The notes beneath the pieces are model-generated. The model was not told the DNA's origin, did not search any database, and saw only the letters and a list, made by a program, of their open reading frames with translations. This document shows, piece by piece, positions 12,535 through 32,294 of a stretch of DNA of 64,000 nt. Source of the DNA: the human T2T-CHM13v2.0 reference genome, Homo sapiens; contig CP086569.2 in NCBI GenBank assembly GCA_009914755.4, positions 14,016,001 through 14,080,000 of the forward strand, written 5' to 3'. Positions within the stretch are counted from its first letter, which is position 1, and every line of letters starts with the position of its first letter. The translations under genes were made by a program, and so were the position numbers.

Positions 12535-13018
12535 TGGAAGAGGAATTGAAAGAAATTAAAGAACGTGTAAGCAAAAACTCAGTCGTATATAAGAAAACCC
12601 AGTTCCCCCTGAGGAAGAGAAAGAGCTGGAGTCCTTTAAAATTAACTGCCTGTTTTTCTGTGGCTAGTGAGCCTTATCTCTCCCTTTCCCAGGTATTGTG
12701 AAGACCCTGTTTCTCTAGCTGTGCAGCTGCAAGGTCACTAGGCAGATAATCTCAAGTCGTAAAACATGTTGTTTCTTGAAAAGTAAGAACTGATGTAATG
12801 CATATCTCAATTGAATAACTGTCTTTGTTTCTCTCTTCTGTAATATGCTTCACCCTGCACAGATCTCCTCCAACCCCACAAAATGCCTAAAAGGTAGCTT
12901 GACTCTGTTCACAGCTCAGTTCTTTGGGTGTTAATCTGACTGGGTCGGTGCACCTAAATAATTAAATAATTCCTCCTCAACCCCTAGGTCTCTCTGATTC
13001 CTTAATTATCCTGCTGCA
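12535..13018 (+). repeat. HERV 3' LTR
   Basis: Aligns with 3326-3812. The two LTRs differ at roughly one site in ten by eye, including a 4-bp indel. Confidence 0.8.
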
Positions 13019-13916
13019 TTTCCTCATCCAACATGGACATATTTCATTTCTATCTCTTGCCTGGTTGTTTTGATTAGGAGAACCAGTTCTGTGTTGAATA
13101 GGAGTGGTGAAAGTCAGCATTTTGTCTTGCTTCATTTCTTAAAAGAGAATTTCACTGTTCCCCATTCATTATACTGTTAGCAGGTTTATCTTTATGGTGT
13201 TTATTACATTTAGATATGACACATCCATGCCTAGTTTACTGAGTTTTATTATAAAGGCTGTTAAATTTATCAACTGCTTCTTATTGTACCTATTCAGATG
13301 ATCATATAGGTCCATTCCTCTTTCTTTTTATGTTAAGTACCATATTATTAATTTGTATATGTTATACAATTCTTACATCTTTAGAGTAAATCCCACTTGA
13401 TAGTGATGTATTATCTTTCTGGAGTGCAGTTGGAGTCAGTTACAAGTATTTTGTTGAGGAGTTTTGCATTTATGTTCCTCAGGGATATTGCCTATAGATG
13501 ATTTTTTATTTTTTGTTGTCTTTTGTTGGTATTTGATGTTAGGATAATCATGGCCTCATAGAATGAGTTAGGAAGGGAGAATTTGCTCCCTTTCAATTAT
13601 TAAAAATGGTTTGAGGAGAGTTCTTGTTACTTCTTCTTTGAATGTTTGGTAGCATGCAGTAGTGAAGCCAGGCCTGTCCTAGACTCTTTTTTGTTGGAAT
13701 ACTTTTATTCATGATTCAAAATCATTTGTTGTTATTTGTCTGTTTAGGTTTTCTATTTCTTCATAATTCAATCTTAGTAGATTGCATGAGTCTAGGAATT
13801 CATCTATTTCTTCCAGGTTTTCTAGTTTCTTAGTATGTGGTTGTCCATAAAAGTCTCTGATAATCTTTTGTATGTCTGCAGTGTCAGTTATAATGTTTGT
13901 TTGTTTTCATTTCTGA

Positions 13917-14408
<492 letters not shown>

Positions 14409-14793
14409 TCTTTTTCTTTATTTTTTAAAAATCAATTTCTTATTTAAATGAAACATTGTGTTATTCCTTTAGTCTCTATTTTGTTTAATTCTGCTCGATT
14501 TTCATGAATTATTTTCTTCTACCAATTTTGAGTTTGATTTCTTATTGCTTTTCTAGTGCTACTGGTGCAGTGTTATATAGATTATTTGAAGTCTCTCAAG
14601 TGTTTTGATATGAGTTTATTACTATAAACCTCCCTGTTAGCACTCTTTTTGCTATATACCTTAGGTTTGATTGTTTAGTTTAGATATTTTTGTATTTCAA
14701 GGAATTTTAAAGTTTCATCCATAATTTCTTCCTTGACCCAAGGTTCACTCCAGAGCATCTTGTTTAATATTTAAGTATTTGTACAGTTTCTAA

Positions 14794-15166
<373 letters not shown>

Positions 15167-15286
15167 CTTGTTGAATCATTTTTTGTGCCCTGGTAGATGG
15201 TCTATCCTGGCAAATAGTCCATGTGCTGATTAGAAGAACGTATATTCTGTGCCTGCTGGATGAAGTGTTTCGTAGGCATCTGTTAG

Positions 15287-15448
<162 letters not shown>

Positions 15449-15982
15449 TAAAGCTCAGTTTAAATCCAATGTATCTTTGTTAATATTCTATCATCTAGAT
15501 TATCTATCTAATGATGAGAGTGAGGGGTTGAAGTCTTCAATTACTATTGTATATGAGTCTCTCTTTTCCTTTAATAGTATTCACTTTATATTTCTGGCAG
15601 TTATAATGTTGGTCGCATATATATTTAGAATTGGCATATCCTCTTGCTGAATTGATCCCTTTATCATTATATAAAGACCTTATTGGACTCTTTTTACTTT
15701 TTTGAACGCATTTCTTTTATGTAAATATAGCTACTTTTATAGTAGCTACATTTACAATTGGTTAATAATACTTTTTGGCACCCTGCCACCATACCTCAGG
15801 GCTGGTTATTCTTGATTTCTGTTTGCCTGGAATATTTTTTTCCATCCATTTACTTTTACTCTGTATTTGTCCTAATGCATGATATGAGTTCTTGCAGGCA
15901 CAGTGTAGTTCAGCCATTCATGAAAATCCATTTAGCCAGTATATATATTTCAAGTGAACAATTTAATCTATTTACATTCAAG

Positions 15983-16565
15983 GTTATTTGCTGAGATCAG
16001 CTCGATCATGGAGACCCCATCCCAGCCGCACTAGAGGAATTGAAGACACAGACACAGAAATAGAAGAATCAGGAGGCTAACAGCCTTCAGAGCTGAGAGC
16101 CACAAACGGAGTTTGACCCATATATTTATTGACAGCAAGACAATGGTAAGCATTGTTTCTACAGGTTATAGATTAGGTAAAAGCATTTCTTATGGGAAAC
16201 AAAGCATTCTTAGCAAAGAGGAGAGAAACAGGCTCTGGCTGATTATCTGCAGCAAAAACATGTTAAGGCATAGGCCACTCCTGCTATTGTTTGAGGTTTG
16301 AGCAGTTTTCCATTCCAGGTGGGCCAAGTGTTCCTTGCCCTACTCCAGTTAGCCAGCAACTTCTAGCAGTGTGTGTTATAGCATCATGAGCATCTTGAAC
16401 CTGGGAGGTGGAGGTTGCAGTGAGCCGAGATCGTGCCACTGCACTCCATGATGCTATAACATGTAGTCACATTGCTGCAGAAATCCTGTTTATGGCCAAT
16501 TTCTTTAAGGCCCATTTATGACAAGCTTATGGCCTGTTCCCAGCAGTTATTAATATCTGAGGGCT
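15983..16565 (-). mobile_element. HERV-K-type (class II) solo LTR inserted in the old L1. It is related to the 3' LTR at 60455-60900.
   Basis: About 85% identical by eye to 60470-60720 (cagagctgagagccacaaacggagtttgacccatatatttattgacagcaag...). The antisense AATAAA lies at ~16120. Flanked on both sides by antisense L1 sequence. Confidence 0.55.
16397..16447 (+). mobile_element. ~50-bp Alu fragment embedded in the solo LTR, bracketed by a 14-bp inverted repeat (gttatagcatcatg / catgatgctataac)
   Basis: gaacctgggaggtggaggttgcagtgagccgagatcgtgccactgcactcc is absent from the paralogous LTR at 60.8 kb. Confidence 0.6.
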
Positions 16566-18424
16566 AATTTCTATAATTTTATGAATTGAATTCTGGTGGT
16601 TTTGTTTAGCCCTTTGCTTTTCTTTCTCTTTGTTTATCATTGCAGTTTGGTGATTTTCTGTAGTAGTTACATTTGTAGTCATTCTCTTCATTATTTGTGT
16701 GTTTGCATTACCAGTGGGTTTTATAGTAGTGCGTGATTTCATCATGATAGACACTGTTGTTTCACTTCTAGATATATAATTCCCTTAAGCCTTTCTTATA
16801 GGGCAATTGGTGATAAATTTTTTCAGCTCTTGCTTATCTGGGAAATAATTTATTTCTCCTTCATTTATGAAGGATACCTTTACTGAACATATTATCCTTG
16901 AGTAGCAGTTTTTTTCTTTTAGCACTTTAAATATATCATCACATTCTCTCCTGGCCTGTAAAGTATCTACTGAAAAAAAATTCTTAGTCTGATGAGGATT
17001 TCTAAGTGGCCAGAAACTTTTCTTCTGCTGTTTCTAGAATTCTCTTTATTTTTAAATGTTGACAGTTTGAATACAATGTACCATGGAGAATACTTTTTGA
17101 ACTGTGTGCACTTGGGGATCTCTTTCTGTATCTGGACATTTAAATTGCATGCTAGGCTAGAAAATTTTCCCCTAGTCTTTCATCATATAGGTTCCCTAAC
17201 CATCCTCCCCCGTGTGTGCTGTTGCTGGAGAGGTGTTGTGATTACTTGGAGGAGAAGCAGCATTCTGGCTTTTGGAATTTTCAGCATTGTTGCACTGGTT
17301 TTTCCTCATCTTTGTGGATTTATGTACCTTTGACCAATGAGGCTGATGACCTTTGGATGGGGTTTTTGTCAGGGGGGAGTCTTTTTGTTGATGTTGTTGC
17401 TTTCTGTGTGTTAGTTTTTCTTCTAACACGCCCCTGTTTTGCAGGTTTGTTTCAGTATGCTGGGCGTCCACTCTAAACCCTGTTCTTCTATCACCAGTGG
17501 AAGATGCAGAACAGCAAAGACTGCTGCCTGTTCCTTTTTCAGGAAGCTTCATCCCAGGGGGGCACTGATTTGATACCACTGGGAGCTCTCCTGTATGAGG
17601 TACCTGTTGACCCCTGTTACATGGTCTCTCCCAGTCAGGAGGCATGGGGTTAGGAGCCCGCTTAAGGAGGCAGTCTGTCCCTTAGCAGAGCTAATGCTCT
17701 GTGCTGGGAGAAACCCCCTTATCAGCATCAGCCACTCTCTTCAGAGCTGGAAGGTGGGAGAGATTAAGTCTTCCAAACCTGAGACTGCTGCTGCCCCTCC
17801 CCTGACATGCTCTGTCCCAAGGATCTGAGAGTCTTCTCTGTAAGCCCCTGACTGGAGCTGCTGGATTTTCTGCAGAGATAGGCTGCCCAGTGAGGAGAAA
17901 TCTAGAGAACCAGTCTGGCCGCAGCCACTTAGCTGCACTGTGGTGAATTCTGCCCACTTCCCTTAGCACTGTTAGGGGAAAACCGCCTACTAAAGCCACA
18001 GTAATGGAGGTCACCTCTCCCCCCACCAAACTCAATCATCCCAGGCAGACTCCAGACTGCTGAGCTGGCAGTGAGAATTTCAAGCCAGGGTCCTGGTAGT
18101 GTAGGCTGACAAGGGAATCTCCTGATACGCAGATTGCAAAAACCCATGGGAAAAGCATAGTAGCCCAGGTGGGTAGCATAGTCCCTTACCACTTCCCTTG
18201 GCTGGGGGAGGGAGGTCCCCAGCTCCTTGCACTTCCCAGGTGAAGCACACCACACCCTGCTTCTTCTTGCTGTCTGTGCTGTACCCACTGCCTAGCCAGT
18301 CCCAGTGAGATGAACAGGGTACCTCAGCTGGAAATGTAGAAGTCACCTGCCTTCTGCATTGCTCTCACTGGGAGCTACAGACTGGGGCTGTTTCTATTCA
18401 GCCAACTTGAACCCTCCCCTTCAT

Positions 18425-18775
18425 TGTGGTTTCTGATTTGCATTTCTCTAGTGATCAGTGATGTTGAGGGTTTTTTTCATATATTTGTTGGCTACATGTA
18501 TGCCTTCTTTTGAAAAGTGTCTGTTCATGTCTTTTGCTCAATTGTTAATAGGATTACTTTTCCTTACACATATTTTGAGTTCCTTATAGACACTGGATAT
18601 GGAAATTAGGCCTTTGTCAGATGCAGAGACTGCAAAAATTTTCTCCCATTCTATGGTTGTCTGTTTACTCTGTTGGTAGTTTATTTTGCTTTGCAGAAGC
18701 TCTTAAGTTTAATTAGATCCCACTTGTCAACTTTTGCTTTGGTTTTTTCATTTTCTGAAGGAGAAAAAAACTCAG
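18425..18775 (-). mobile_element. L1 ORF2 3'-region fragment (antisense), separate from the full-length L1 ending at 18420
   Basis: gatttgcatttctctagtgatcagtgatgttgag...ggcctttgtcagatgcagagactgcaaaaattttctcccattc. Confidence 0.65.
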
Positions 18776-20439
18776 TTTGCAGGTGGGAAAGTTATGTGAT
18801 CCATGTCAAACTGAATGTGGGACAGGCACCCACTGAGAAAAAACACCTGTTATGGAAAAGTCCAAGGCAATAGAGCATATCATGGATATAACAATAAAAA
18901 TATGTACTTTTCCACTTATGACTACAAGCATTAGTCATTAGGTGATACATTTCACTTTATTCTTAAACTAGTGGTAATATAATTGTTAATCAAGCCACTA
19001 AAATGGGTTTTTATATTAACTTCCAAGACAAAAAGTTTTTTCTTAGTCAGAATTCCACTTCTCCAGCCAATATAAAACTCCTTGGCTAGTGAGAAAATTC
19101 TATTCATTTTACCTATTAAAAGCATAAAAATTTAGTCCCAAATTTTGTCTTTCCATGTGCACTCAAGAAACAATCTCCCTCTTCACCATCCCTTGTCTCC
19201 CCACCTTGCAAAGTCTGCAGACTCTGACTCTATTTCACTGTCACAACTACTTATTTTTTTCCACATTCCCCAAATCCGTATTTCCTCTTCAGGCTTCTTT
19301 TCAGTGTGTGGTCACTTCAGGTTGCTAGTTCAAATTAGTATAGACTGTGTACCTTAAACAGCAGAAATTTTCTCATAGTTCTGGAGGCTGAAGTCTAAGA
19401 TCAAAAGTGCCAGCAGACCCAATGTCCGGATATCAAATGACCAGGTGTCCAGAACCAAATGGTGAATGCCCATTTCTCAGTTTGCAGACAGCCCTCTTTT
19501 TACTGTATTCCTCTATGGCAGAGAAGACAAAAAAAAAAAAAAAGTAAGAAAGAAGAAGCTCTCAAATCTTTTATAATGGCACTAGTGTCATTCAGGAGGG
19601 ATCTGTCTTTATTACCTAGTTAAATTCCCGAAGACCCCAGCTCCTAATTCCATTACATTGTGGTTTAGGATCTCAACATCTAAATTTGGGGAAACTAAAA
19701 CATTTAGTGCATAGTACAAGATAAAGGCAGGATGGGGGATTTCTGCAAGAAGAGATGGGGCTTGGGAACAGTAAAACTTCCTCAGTGGACAAGTCTGTTT
19801 TACAACAAGAAAAGCTGGAAGAACTCCTGTTTTCAACCAAGAGACAAAAGTTTTTAGCTGCTGCTTCTCATCTCTCTGTTTCCCCTTCTCACCATAATAT
19901 TTCCGTCTCATCTTATTTCTGAGAGTTGTCCAGTGACATAAATAATAACGGAAGGGAAAACCAACCTTTCTTTTCCACAATAATATCCTTTCTATTTAAA
20001 CTCTTCAGCGTAGCCTCTTTAACCCTCTGCATTTCCCATCATATGGGATCCAAATCAGTTTCTTCCTCCTTAGTCCTGTGTTCCCCCATTTCCTAATAAG
20101 ACAATTTCAAGAAATCTTTGGAATAACTTATGAATTGAAGAAACACAGGTATTTCTAGGCATGGTCAGTGCTCCAACACTTCTGTATGAAAAAAGAGCTG
20201 GTCAATACCTAAAGAGAAATCATGTTAAATACAGAGAGATTACAAGGGCATTTCTAATATATGTCTCTCTGTAAATAAGATCTAGCACTATTACAGCAGC
20301 AATAAAATTTTGAAGTAAACTGCTCTTACAAAATAAAGCAGAAACCAAAAACTGAAGTTAGCACTCCCTGAAGGCAATCCCTCCCCCAAAATACTAAAAT
20401 GCTTGGCAAAAACTCTTAGAATCAGCCTTATCAGAACTC

Positions 20440-20520
20440 CAAAAATAGTCAAAAGTGTACCAAAACCAAAAACCTTAACAAAACCAAACCAAAACAAACC
20501 AAAAATCAAAAATCTTAGTA
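20440..20520. repeat. low-complexity (CAAAA/CCAAA)n-like tract
   Basis: caaaaccaaaaaccttaacaaaaccaaaccaaaacaaaccaaaaatcaaaaatc. Confidence 0.7.
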
Positions 20521-21175
20521 AATAAAAAAGCCACTACAGCACATTCGCGTTGCATTGTATTTTAACTTAACCTAGTTCCACCTCTTTCCCTAGCATGCCA
20601 GAAAACTTGAAGATGACAGCCCACATACATGGTGCATGTAGTCAGTTTCATAAGCAGCAAAATTAATCTTGCTCCAAGGAAATGAATGGTTTTTGTTTGA
20701 CTTTAATGGAAATTATTTTATGGACTTTCACAAGGTATGTTCCTTTGCTTTACCTAGCTTGGAGTTCATGTGGTCCTCAAGAAAAGCCAAATGAATAAGC
20801 CACTATTGTTGGCAGTAAAACGGCAACAAGAAACTACAATGTTGAGGACCACAGTAGACACCATGATAGCCTAAAAGGACATAGAGTAAAATTTTAGGAG
20901 AAAATAGGGTCTTTGAAAGACTGCTACCTATCAGGGACACCTACAAAGCCACACACATGCTTGGGAAACAACTGTAAAGACAATAAGGCAAAAGCTTTAG
21001 TGTTTTTTGTGTCTTTACACTCAGGCAAAAAAGAAGGCTAAGACAATGTTGTAAATTGGTCATGCGAAGCGTTGAAGAAGTGTCTCAACATACAGTCAAT
21101 CAACAAAGACATAGAGAAACATTTCCTTTTTCTCCTCTTCCTCTTTTCTTTCTTATTTGTACATGTAATAATGTT

Positions 21176-21192
21176 CAAAATATCCACTTTTC
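21176..21192. repeat. L1 target-site duplication, left copy (CAAAATATCCACTTTTC)
   Basis: Identical 17-mer at 27229-27245. Confidence 0.85.
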
Positions 21193-21424
21193 TTTTTTTT
21201 TTCTTTTTTTTCTTTTATTATTATACTTTAAGTTTTAGGGTACATGTGCAGATTGCACAGGTTAGTTACATAGGTATACATGTGCCATTCTGGTGCGCTG
21301 CACCCACTAACTCGTCATCTAGCATTAGGTATATCTCCCAGTGCTATCCCTCCCCGCTCCCCCCACCCCACAGCAGTCCCCAGATTGTGATGTTACCCTT
21401 CCTGTGTCCATGTGATCTCATTGT

Positions 21425-25262
<3,838 letters not shown>

Positions 25263-25310
25263 TTATTTTGCTCATTAGTTGATGCAGTTTCTTCCTAGTC
25301 TTGATGGTCT

Positions 25311-26330
25311 TTACATTTTGGCATGATTTTGCAGCGGCTGGTACTGGTTGTTCATTGCCATGTTTAGCGCTTCCTTCAGGAGCTCTTTTAGGACAAGCCT
25401 GGTGGTGACAAAATCTCTCAGCATTTGCTTGTCTGTAAAGTATTTTATTTCTCCTTCACTTATGAAGCTTAGTTTGGCTGGATATGAAATTCTGGGTTGA
25501 AAATACTTTTCTTTAAGAATGTTGAATATTGACCCCCACTCTCTTCTGGCTTGTAGGGTTTCTGCCGAGAGATCCGCTGTTAGTCTGATGGGCTTCCCTT
25601 TGAGGGTAACCCGACCTTTCTCTCTGGCTGCCCTTAACATTTTTTCCTTCATTTCAACTTTGGTGAATCTGACAATTATGTGTCTTGGAGTTGCTCTTCT
25701 CGTGGAGTATCTTTGTGGCGTTCTCTGTATTTCCTGAATCTGAACGTTGGCCTGCCTTGTTAGATTGGGGAAGTTCTCCTGGATAATATCCTGCAGAGTG
25801 TTTTCCAACTTGGTTCCATTCTCCCCATCACTTTCAGGTACACCAATCAGACGTAGATTTGGTCTTTTCACAGAGTCCCATATTTCTTGGAGGCTTTGCT
25901 CATTTCTTTTTATTCTTTTTTCTCTAAACTTCCCTTCTCTCTTCATTTCATTCATTTCATCTTCGATTGCTGATACCCTTTCTTCCAGTTGATCGCATCA
26001 GCTCCTGAGGCTTCTGCATTCTTCATGTAGTTCTCGAGTCTTGGTTTTCAGCTCCATCAGCTCCTTTAAGCACTTCTCTGTATTGGTTATTCTAGTTATA
26101 CATTCTTCTAAATTTTTTTCAAAGTTTTCAGCTTCTTTGCCTTTGGTTTGAATGTCCTCCCGTAGCTCAGAGTAATTTGATCATCTGAAGCCTCCTTCTC
26201 TCAGCTCGTCAAAGTCGTTCTCCGTCCAGCTTTGTTTCATTGCCGGTGAGGAACTGCGTTCCTTTGGAAGAGGAGAGTCACTGCGTTTTAGAGTTTCCAG
26301 CTTTTCTGTTCTGTTTTTTCCCCATCTTTG
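25311..26330 (-). pseudogene. L1 ORF1 remnant (the C-terminal 214 aa are open, the N-terminal part is interrupted)
   Basis: ORF 25311..25955 (MNEMKREGKFREKRIKRNEQSLQEIWD...LQNHAKM) matches ORF1p. The upstream part contains stops. Confidence 0.8.
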
Positions 26331-27228
26331 TGGTTTTATCTACTTTTGGTCTTTGATGATGGTGATGTACAGATGGGTTTTTGGTGTGGATGTCCTTTCA
26401 GTTTGTTAGTTTTCCTTCTAACAGACAGGACCCTCAGCTGCAGGTCTGTTGGAGTACGCTGCCGTGTGAGGTGTCAGTGTGCCCCTGCTGGGGGGTGCCT
26501 CCCAGTTAGGCTGCTCGGGGGTCAGGGGTCAGGGACCCACTTGAGGAGGCAGTCTGCCCGTTCTCAGATCTCCAGCTGCGTACTGGGAGAACCACTGCTC
26601 TCTTCAAAGCTGTCTGACAGGGACATTTAAGTCTGCAGAGGTTACTGCTGTCTTTTTGTTTGTCTGTGCCCCGCCCCCAGAGGTGGAGCCTACAGAGGCA
26701 CGCAAGCCTCCTTGAGCTGTGGTGGGCTCCACCCAGTTGGAGCTTCCCGGCTGCTTTGTTTACCTAATCAAGCCTGGGCAATGGCGGGCGCCCCTCCCCC
26801 AGCCTCGCTGCCGCCTTGCAGTTTGATCTCAGACTGCTGTGCTAGCAATCAGCGAGACTCCGTGGGCGTAGGACCCTCCGAGCCAGGTGCGGGTTATAAT
26901 CTCGTGCTGCACCGTTTTTTAAGCCCATCGGAAAAGCGCAGTATTTGGGTGGGAGTGACCCGATTTTCCAGGTGCCATCCGTCACCCCTTTCTTTGACTA
27001 GGAAAGGGAACTCCCTGACCCCTTGTGCTTCCCAAGTGAGGCAATGCCTCGCCGTGCTTCGGCTGGTGCATGGTGCGCGCACCCACTGACCTGCGCCCAC
27101 TCTCTGGCACTCCCTAGTGAGATGAACCTGGTACCTCAGATGGAAATGCAGAAATCACCCTCTTCTGCTTCGCTCACGCTGGGAGCTGTAGACCGGAGCT
27201 GTTCCTATTTGGCCATCTTGGCTTCTTC
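26331..27228 (-). promoter_or_regulatory. L1 5' UTR (internal sense promoter and antisense promoter region)
   Basis: Antisense match to the L1PA 5' UTR (…cttgagctgtggtgggctccacccagttggagcttcccggc…). Confidence 0.6.
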
Positions 27229-27245
27229 CAAAATATCCACTTTTC
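27229..27245. repeat. L1 target-site duplication, right copy (CAAAATATCCACTTTTC)
   Basis: Identical to 21176-21192. Confidence 0.85.
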
Positions 27246-27249
27246 AACA

Positions 27250-29668
<2,419 letters not shown>

Positions 29669-30611
29669 AAAGTAAGAGGCTGATAAATCGTTTCTCAGAA
29701 AAAAAAACTACCTAACAGAGACAAACAGAAGTGATATATCGGCAGCTGCAAGATGGTGAGTCCCTGCACCAACTCCCAGAAAGTGTTCTTTATAAAAGGA
29801 AGCATTTTGGGTGAAGATGTGCAAATAGGTGAAGATGTGCATCTGGTCATGCCTAAGACTTTCTTGGAAAACTTGTGGCCATTGGGGAGTTTATATAAGC
29901 ATCTTTATGAGGGCTTAGCAATGCTACAGGGATTGTTTAAAGACCTTGCTGCAGGTGTAAAGTATTGATCATGATGTCAGTTTTGCTTCAAAATGACATT
30001 ACTCTTGCCATATAACAAGTTGTTCTCCTGTAATAGCATATCCAGGAGAAAACCTCCCTAAACTAAGAATTGTTATTTGGCAGAGGAAACGGCATTTTGC
30101 ATTCAGTGTTTTGATTTGTCTGAGATTTTCTGTGATACTAGTTTCACCTAAACACTATCAGGACTGGCAGCATAACTTGAAAGCTGATGAAAAACGTGGA
30201 GACTACAGCCATTTAGAGACACAGTCCTGCATGCAAAACCTAGAGGAATCAACATCTCAGGAAAAATCTGGGATGTTCCAAAGCCTCTGGGCTGATTGGT
30301 CAAGGTCTTCCTTTGATCTAAGCCAGTATGTTAAGACTAGAACAGATGTGTCCCTTTTTTTCCTTCAACAGTTCAAATTGCAGCAAAAGTTTACATACCA
30401 TTGAAAGAAACAGATAATTGTGGCCAAATTATAGAAATTAAAATGAAATTCAAGTGACCAAACCTAAAGAAATGAAGATCTATAAGCAGTCAGACAAAAA
30501 CTTAAAATAACTGCCATGAGAATTCCTGAAAACTAAACAAAATCAGGAAATAAAATATGAACAAAAAGATAAATTCAACAAAGTAGAAATCATTTAAAAA
30601 GCTACAACATC

Positions 30612-30952
<341 letters not shown>

Positions 30953-31312
30953 TTAAACAGAAAAATTCTGTATATGGATTAAATAGCATTTGAAATAATC
31001 AAGTCAGAGATTCAAAAAGTAAAAAGAGTAAAGAAAAATAAAGAGGCCAAGGAATTTATCATATATTATCAAACAGAGCAATATAAGCATTATGGGAATC
31101 CCAAAAGAAAGCAAGAAAGAAACAGAAAACATATGTGAAGAAATAATATACCAACATTTCCTAATTCTGAGGAGAGAAAAAGATATACAAATTCAAGAAG
31201 CTCAAACATTTTTGAAAGAGAAAAAACTCAAGAGAACCACACCAAGATATATTATATCACATTGACTAAAGTCAGAAAAAATGTTGAAAGCAGAAAGACA
31301 AAAGTGACTCAC

Positions 31313-31650
31313 TGGCCAGGCACAGTGGCTCAAGCCTGTAATCTCAGCACTTTGCGAGGCTGAGGCGAGTGGATCACCTGAGGTCAGGAGTTCAAGACCA
31401 GCCTGACTAACATGGAGAAACCCTGTCTCTACTAAAAATATAAAATTAGCTGGGCGTGGTGGCGCATGCCTGTAATCCCACCTACTCAGGAGCCTGAGGC
31501 AGGAGAATCACTTGAAACTGGGAAGTGGATGTTGAGGTGGGCTGAGATCACACCATTGTACTCCAGCCTGGACAACAAGAGCAAAAAACTCTGTCTCAAA
31601 AAAAAAAAAAAAAAAACTAAATAAAATAAAAAAACTAAAAAAAAAAGAAA
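31313..31650 (+). mobile_element. Alu (sense) with TSD AAAGTGACTCA
   Basis: tggccaggcacagtggctcaagcctgtaatc..., then a long interrupted poly-A. The TSD lies at 31301-31311 and ~31650-31660. Confidence 0.9.
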
Positions 31651-32294
31651 GTGACTCATCACACACAAAGAAGCTTCAATAAGATTATGAAGGGATTTCT
31701 CAACAGAAACCTCACAAGGCAAAAAAAAGAGTGGGAGAAAATATGCAAAACACTGAAAGAAAAAACTGTCGGTGGTATCTGACAAAACTTTTCTTCAGAA
31801 ATGAAGACTTTCCAAAATGAGTAAATGCTGAGGATGTACATTATCATCAGACCTACTGTATAAGAAATGCTAAAAGCAGTCTTTCACGTTGAAATGAAGA
31901 CGGTGGACAGAAACATGATGTCATAGAGAAATATAAAATTATCCAGTAAAGATAAATACATGAACAAACATAGTAAACTGTATTATTTAATTTTGGTGCA
32001 TAGAACATGAAGACAAAACTTAAAAAACACAAATCTATGTTAATAAGTAACAATATATAAACATGTAATGTATGACATAAATGAGGTGAAACTAAAAGAG
32101 TAGACTTTTACTAAGTTTAGAATGTATAATTTTAATACAGTTCATGTAATTACAATGATAATCACACAGAATGTATATATACACAAAAAGATATGAGCAG
32201 AAATTCAAAACGTGTTACTAAAAATGAAATGAAACAGAAAGACAAGACAAGACAGAGAAAAGTAAGAAATACTTGGGAACAGTGAGTGTTTCCC

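Larger units (their letters stand above)
3326..13018 (+). mobile_element. Class I (gammaretrovirus-like) HERV provirus, near full length: LTR-gag-pro-pol-env-LTR. The env TM resembles the ERV3/HERV-R type; the family assignment is tentative.
   Basis: Two ~485-bp direct repeats, about 90% identical by eye, start TGGAA and end GCTGCA / CAGCAGCA. Internal order is a CA-like gag, a CCHC zinc knuckle, a protease motif, an RT motif resembling YVDDLL, an RNase H TDGSS motif, the IN HHCC and core, and an env with a CX6CC TM. The provirus is inserted in antisense L1 ORF2. Confidence 0.85.

Noticed and set aside
17196-17645. Minus-strand 149-aa ORF, with the neighbouring 114-119-aa ORFs at 17691-18346
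   Set aside because: Lies within the ORF1 / 5' UTR portion of the old antisense L1. The N-terminus resembles L1 ORF1p (...NSKSQNAASPPS..SPATA...). It is not a host gene.
18776-21175. The repeat-poor stretch between the two L1s as a possible regulatory or genic island
   Set aside because: No long ORF with domain similarity, no obvious CpG enrichment, and no splice-site-bounded ORFs. There is only an A17 run (19532-19548) and a low-complexity CAAAA-type tract. It may contain old MIR/L2 or DNA-transposon relics that I cannot resolve by eye.
29753-29968. 71-aa plus-strand ORF in a non-Alu stretch between L1 fragments
   Set aside because: No recognisable domain and no splice-site context. The surrounding sequence looks like degenerate old repeat. 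It is too short to support as a gene.
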